DNA of 64,000 nt from Clostridia bacterium. Lineage in GTDB: Bacteria; Bacillota; Clostridia; RGIG6154. The stretch spans positions 64,001 to 128,000 of the forward strand of contig JAZNOU010000007.1 of the NCBI GenBank assembly GCA_045589295.1, read 5' to 3'. Positions 60,895-64,000 of this stretch are shown here, in pieces. Within the stretch, counting starts at the first letter, position 1. Each line of letters begins with the position of its first letter. Made by a program: the position numbers and the translations under genes. The notes under the pieces are model-generated. The model was given only the letters and a program-made list of their open reading frames with translations, searched no databases and was not told the origin of the DNA.

Positions 60895-61665
60895 ATGTTA
60901 AATTTTTGTTCACTTTTTAGTTCAAGCAGCGCTAATTGTCTGCTTGTTACTGACAAAAACACAAAAGTATTGATAGATTGCGGCTCAAGCCTTAAAAGGA
61001 CTTCGGCCGCTCTTTTACGTCTTGGAATTGATATTGCTGACATAGATGCCATCTTGGTCACTCACGAGCATAGTGACCACATCTCAGGCATCCCACTCGC
61101 ATCAAGCAAATATAATATTTCAGTATATGCAAACCAACTTACATACAACGCTATGAGCGGAAAAGAAAAAATCAAGAATTTGAATATTATTTCATTTGAT
61201 GAGTTTAACATTGGAACGCTTACTATCATACCATTCAAAACTCCTCATGATTCAGCCTGCTCTTGTGGTTATGTTATAAAAAGCGGTAAAAGTCAACTTA
61301 CCGTTGCAACTGACTTAGGACATATAGACCGTGAAATTTTAAAATATTTCTATGGTTCTGAATTTGTATTTTTAGAATCAAACCACGATATTCAACTGTT
61401 ATTAAATGGCCCGTACCCATATTCACTAAAACGAAGAATACTGTCTGACGTTGGACATCTTTCAAACAATGCATGCTCAGACCTTGTTTGTCACCTTGCA
61501 TCCAATGGTGTAAAAAAATTTATGTTAGGACATTTAAGCGAAAGCAACAACACACCTGATATTGCACTGAAAACAACTATAGATTCCTTAAACTTTAATA
61601 ATCTTAGTGTAGAAAGCATCAGCGTTGCTCCAAAAGAAGAAATTTCAGAAATTATCACTATTTGA
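60895..61665 (+). CDS. MBL-fold metallo-hydrolase (YycJ/WalJ-like)
   Basis: THEHSDH, HD, ATDLG, LESNHD, GHLSN, HLS. Confidence 0.9.
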   Translation: MLNFCSLFSSSSANCLLVTDKNTKVLIDCGSSLKRTSAALLRLGIDIADIDAILVTHEHSDHISGIPLASSKYNISVYANQLTYNAMSGKEKIKNLNIISFDEFNIGTLTIIPFKTPHDSACSCGYVIKSGKSQLTVATDLGHIDREILKYFYGSEFVFLESNHDIQLLLNGPYPYSLKRRILSDVGHLSNNACSDLVCHLASNGVKKFMLGHLSESNNTPDIALKTTIDSLNFNNLSVESISVAPKEEISEIITI

Positions 61666-61683
61666 AAATAAAAAGCATACTAT
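61655..61683 (+). promoter_or_regulatory. Putative sigma-K-type promoter for M14 peptidase
   Basis: TCACT-N16-CATACTAT overlapping the end of the upstream CDS. Confidence 0.5.
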
Positions 61684-61715
61684 ATAGTATATTATTTATT
61701 TTGGATGTGACGGGT

Positions 61716-62612
61716 ATGCTTAACATAAAAAACAATTACAACTTTTTCTGTTTAGAAAGCGATTTAAAAATCTTATCTTCCTTTAAAGAAGCTAAGATTT
61801 TTTCTATTGGGAAAAGTGTTTGTAATAGAGATTTATATTGTATTAAGTTTGGTAAAGGAAACAAACATGTGTTTTTTAACGGGGCACATCACGGTCTTGA
61901 ATGGATTACCTCCCCACTGCTCGTGAAATTCTGTTATGATATCTTAAATTCAAAACACAAACGAATTTGCGGTTATGATGCTGAAAACATTTTAGAAAAT
62001 ACTACCTTTCATATTGTGCCAATGGTTAATCCTGATGGCATTGAAATTGCACAAAATGGCATTGATAAAAATTCACCTAACTATGAGAAATATGTATCAT
62101 ATAACAAGGGTGAGGATTTTACTTCCAAATGGCAGGCAAATGCAAACGGTGTTGACTTAAACCACAACTATGACGCTTGTTTTTCGCTATCAAAACGAAT
62201 GAATGAATCATCAGGAATAATAGGACCTAACTACACTAAATATACAGGAGAGTATTTTGAATCTGAACCGGAAAGCCGTGCTATTTGTGAATATGTGCGT
62301 AAAAACAGATTTTCCCTCACTCTTTCATTTCACTCGCAAGGCGAAGTTATTTATTATGATTATAATGGTAGAATTCCTCCAAGAGGATTAGAAATCGGGA
62401 AAATTCTATGCAAAGAAAGTGGTTATGTTTTAGACAAGGCAACAGGACTTACTGCATGTGGTGGTTTCAAAGACTGGTTTATAAAAATGTATAATTTGCC
62501 CAGCTATACAGTCGAAGTAGGTTGTGGAAAAAACCCACTTCCATTCTCACAATTTGCAGAAATTTACGAGAAAGTTTTGCCGCTTATGCTTTCAGCCGCC
62601 GCACTTGCATAA
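61716..62612 (+). CDS. M14 family zinc peptidase (gamma-D-glutamyl-meso-diaminopimelate endopeptidase-like)
   Basis: HHGLEW (HxxE), PMVNPDG, NANGVDLNHNY, SEPES, FHSQGE, TVEVG. Confidence 0.88.
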   Translation: MLNIKNNYNFFCLESDLKILSSFKEAKIFSIGKSVCNRDLYCIKFGKGNKHVFFNGAHHGLEWITSPLLVKFCYDILNSKHKRICGYDAENILENTTFHIVPMVNPDGIEIAQNGIDKNSPNYEKYVSYNKGEDFTSKWQANANGVDLNHNYDACFSLSKRMNESSGIIGPNYTKYTGEYFESEPESRAICEYVRKNRFSLTLSFHSQGEVIYYDYNGRIPPRGLEIGKILCKESGYVLDKATGLTACGGFKDWFIKMYNLPSYTVEVGCGKNPLPFSQFAEIYEKVLPLMLSAAALA

Positions 62613-62624
62613 CCTAACTTTTTC

Positions 62625-62653
62625 TTGACTAAAAATAACATTTATTATATAAT
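62625..62653 (+). promoter_or_regulatory. Sigma-A promoter for ung-rluA-family gene
   Basis: TTGACT-N17-TATAAT. Confidence 0.75.
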
Positions 62654-62724
62654 TTTAACAAACAAGAGTTGTAAATTTATTTTGAATTATGTATTTAAAA
62701 CCATCTGTAAAACAAGGAGAAGAA

Positions 62725-63393
62725 ATGGTTAATTTAGGTAATGATTGGGATGAACTTTTAAAAGAAGAATTTGAGAAAGATTACTATTTAAATCTTCGTT
62801 CCTTTCTTGTAAATGAATACAAATCCAAGCATATATATCCTGATATGTATGATATTTTTAACGCACTAAAATACACTGAGTATAAAAATGTAAAGGCTGT
62901 AATTTTGGGACAAGATCCCTATCATGGGTTTGGGCAAGCTCATGGTCTTTGCTTTTCAGTAAAAAAAGGTGTCAAAAAACCTCCATCTCTAGTTAATATT
63001 TTTAAAGAGTTAAAATCTGACCTTGGAATTGACGAGCCGACTCACGGTGAACTGACTCACTGGGCAAAGCAAGGTGTTCTATTGTTAAACACAACCCTTA
63101 CCGTGCGTGAGGCAGCTCCTGCCAGTCACAAGGGAAAAGGATGGGAAATTTTTACCGATAGAATTATTGAACTGTTGAATAAGCGCGACAAACCAATTGT
63201 TTTTATTCTATGGGGCTCAAATGCACGTTCAAAAACTTCCTTAATAACAAACCCAATTCACAAAGTTTTAGAAACAGTTCACCCAAGTCCCCTTTCAGCT
63301 TATGGTGGTTTTTTTGGATGTAAACATTTTTCTCAAACAAATGAGTTTTTAAAAAACAACAACTTAGGCGAAATTGATTGGAAAATACAATGA
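62725..63393 (+). CDS. ung: Uracil-DNA glycosylase
   Basis: GQDPYH, PPSLVNI, GVLLLN, HPSPLS; AAGGAG RBS. Confidence 0.97.
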   Translation: MVNLGNDWDELLKEEFEKDYYLNLRSFLVNEYKSKHIYPDMYDIFNALKYTEYKNVKAVILGQDPYHGFGQAHGLCFSVKKGVKKPPSLVNIFKELKSDLGIDEPTHGELTHWAKQGVLLLNTTLTVREAAPASHKGKGWEIFTDRIIELLNKRDKPIVFILWGSNARSKTSLITNPIHKVLETVHPSPLSAYGGFFGCKHFSQTNEFLKNNNLGEIDWKIQ

Positions 63394-64000
63394 GAGAATT
63401 AATTTTAAAGATTGAAAAATCTTACGAAAACTTTTCAGTAGGCGAACTTTTAAAAAGGCACTTTTGCTTATCGTCACGGCTTATTTCAAAACTAAAACTT
63501 TCAGGCGGAATTATTCTAAATGGAGAAACAGTTACTGTCAGAAAAACTGTTAAAATCGGCGATATACTTTGCATAAAATTCCCACAAAATCAATCGCAAA
63601 ATGTTATTCCCGTCAAGCTTCCGCTTGATATATTATATGAAGATGAAGATATTCTCGCTGTTAACAAGCCAAAAAATATGCCCGTACACCCATCTTTGAA
63701 TAATTATGACAATACTCTTGGCAACGCGGTAATGTTTTATTACAAAGACTCACCTTTTGTATATAGACCTGTCAATAGATTAGACAGAGATACAACAGGT
63801 ATTGTCATTATTGCAAAAACACCCCAGGCATGCCACGATCTTAGCAAGCAAATGCAGGAAGGCAAATTCAAAAAAGAATATCTTGCCCTCCTAAGCGGGG
63901 TTCCCTCACCCGAATATGGTATTATAGATGCTCCAATCAAAAGAGAACAAGAAAGCATTATAAAACGTTGTGTAGCAAGTGATGGTCAAAAAGCTATTAC
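63390..64000 (+). CDS. RluA/RluD family pseudouridine synthase (runs off the window)
   Basis: Not in the ORF track. ATG overlaps the ung stop; manual translation gives [29 protein letters not shown] (catalytic Asp). Confidence 0.92.
   Translation, partial: MRELILKIEKSYENFSVGELLKRHFCLSSRLISKLKLSGGIILNGETVTVRKTVKIGDILCIKFPQNQSQNVIPVKLPLDILYEDEDILAVNKPKNMPVHPSLNNYDNTLGNAVMFYYKDSPFVYRPVNRLDRDTTGIVIIAKTPQACHDLSKQMQEGKFKKEYLALLSGVPSPEYGIIDAPIKREQESIIKRCVASDGQKAI

Noticed and set aside
62655-62680. Possible LexA box (AAAC-AAGA-GTTG) upstream of ung and a similar string near 28935
   Set aside because: Two mismatches to GAAC-N4-GTTC in AT-rich DNA; the 28935 copy is part of a hairpin. Probably chance.

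Overview
AT-rich chromosomal window from a spore-forming Clostridia-class Firmicute (yqfCD, ylbJ, bofA, spoVG, SLH proteins). It is almost entirely housekeeping and sporulation genes (about 60 CDS), plus one TPP riboswitch upstream of thiT, one chromosomal mazEF (ndoAI-ndoA) module, and many clear sigma-A and sporulation-type promoters and intrinsic terminators. I saw no rRNA, tRNA, CRISPR array, transposase, integrase, reverse transcriptase or phage gene. The most striking observation is a full-length, intact PurH-fold gene (54478-56016, minus) with its own near-consensus sigma-A promoter and terminator, in which nearly every catalytic and ligand-binding motif of both PurH domains is substituted: a candidate maintained pseudoenzyme. 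Other points of interest are a 1640-aa cohesin-like/repeat/SLH surface protein with nested, patchily homogenised repeats, a second cohesin-like/SLH protein, a nucleophile-less alpha/beta-hydrolase in the sporulation locus, and the absence of three c-di-AMP-linked genes (disA, pgpH, glmM) from their usual neighbourhoods. All assignments come from motif recognition by eye; no searches were run. Some start codons were moved from the ORF track to RBS-supported positions.
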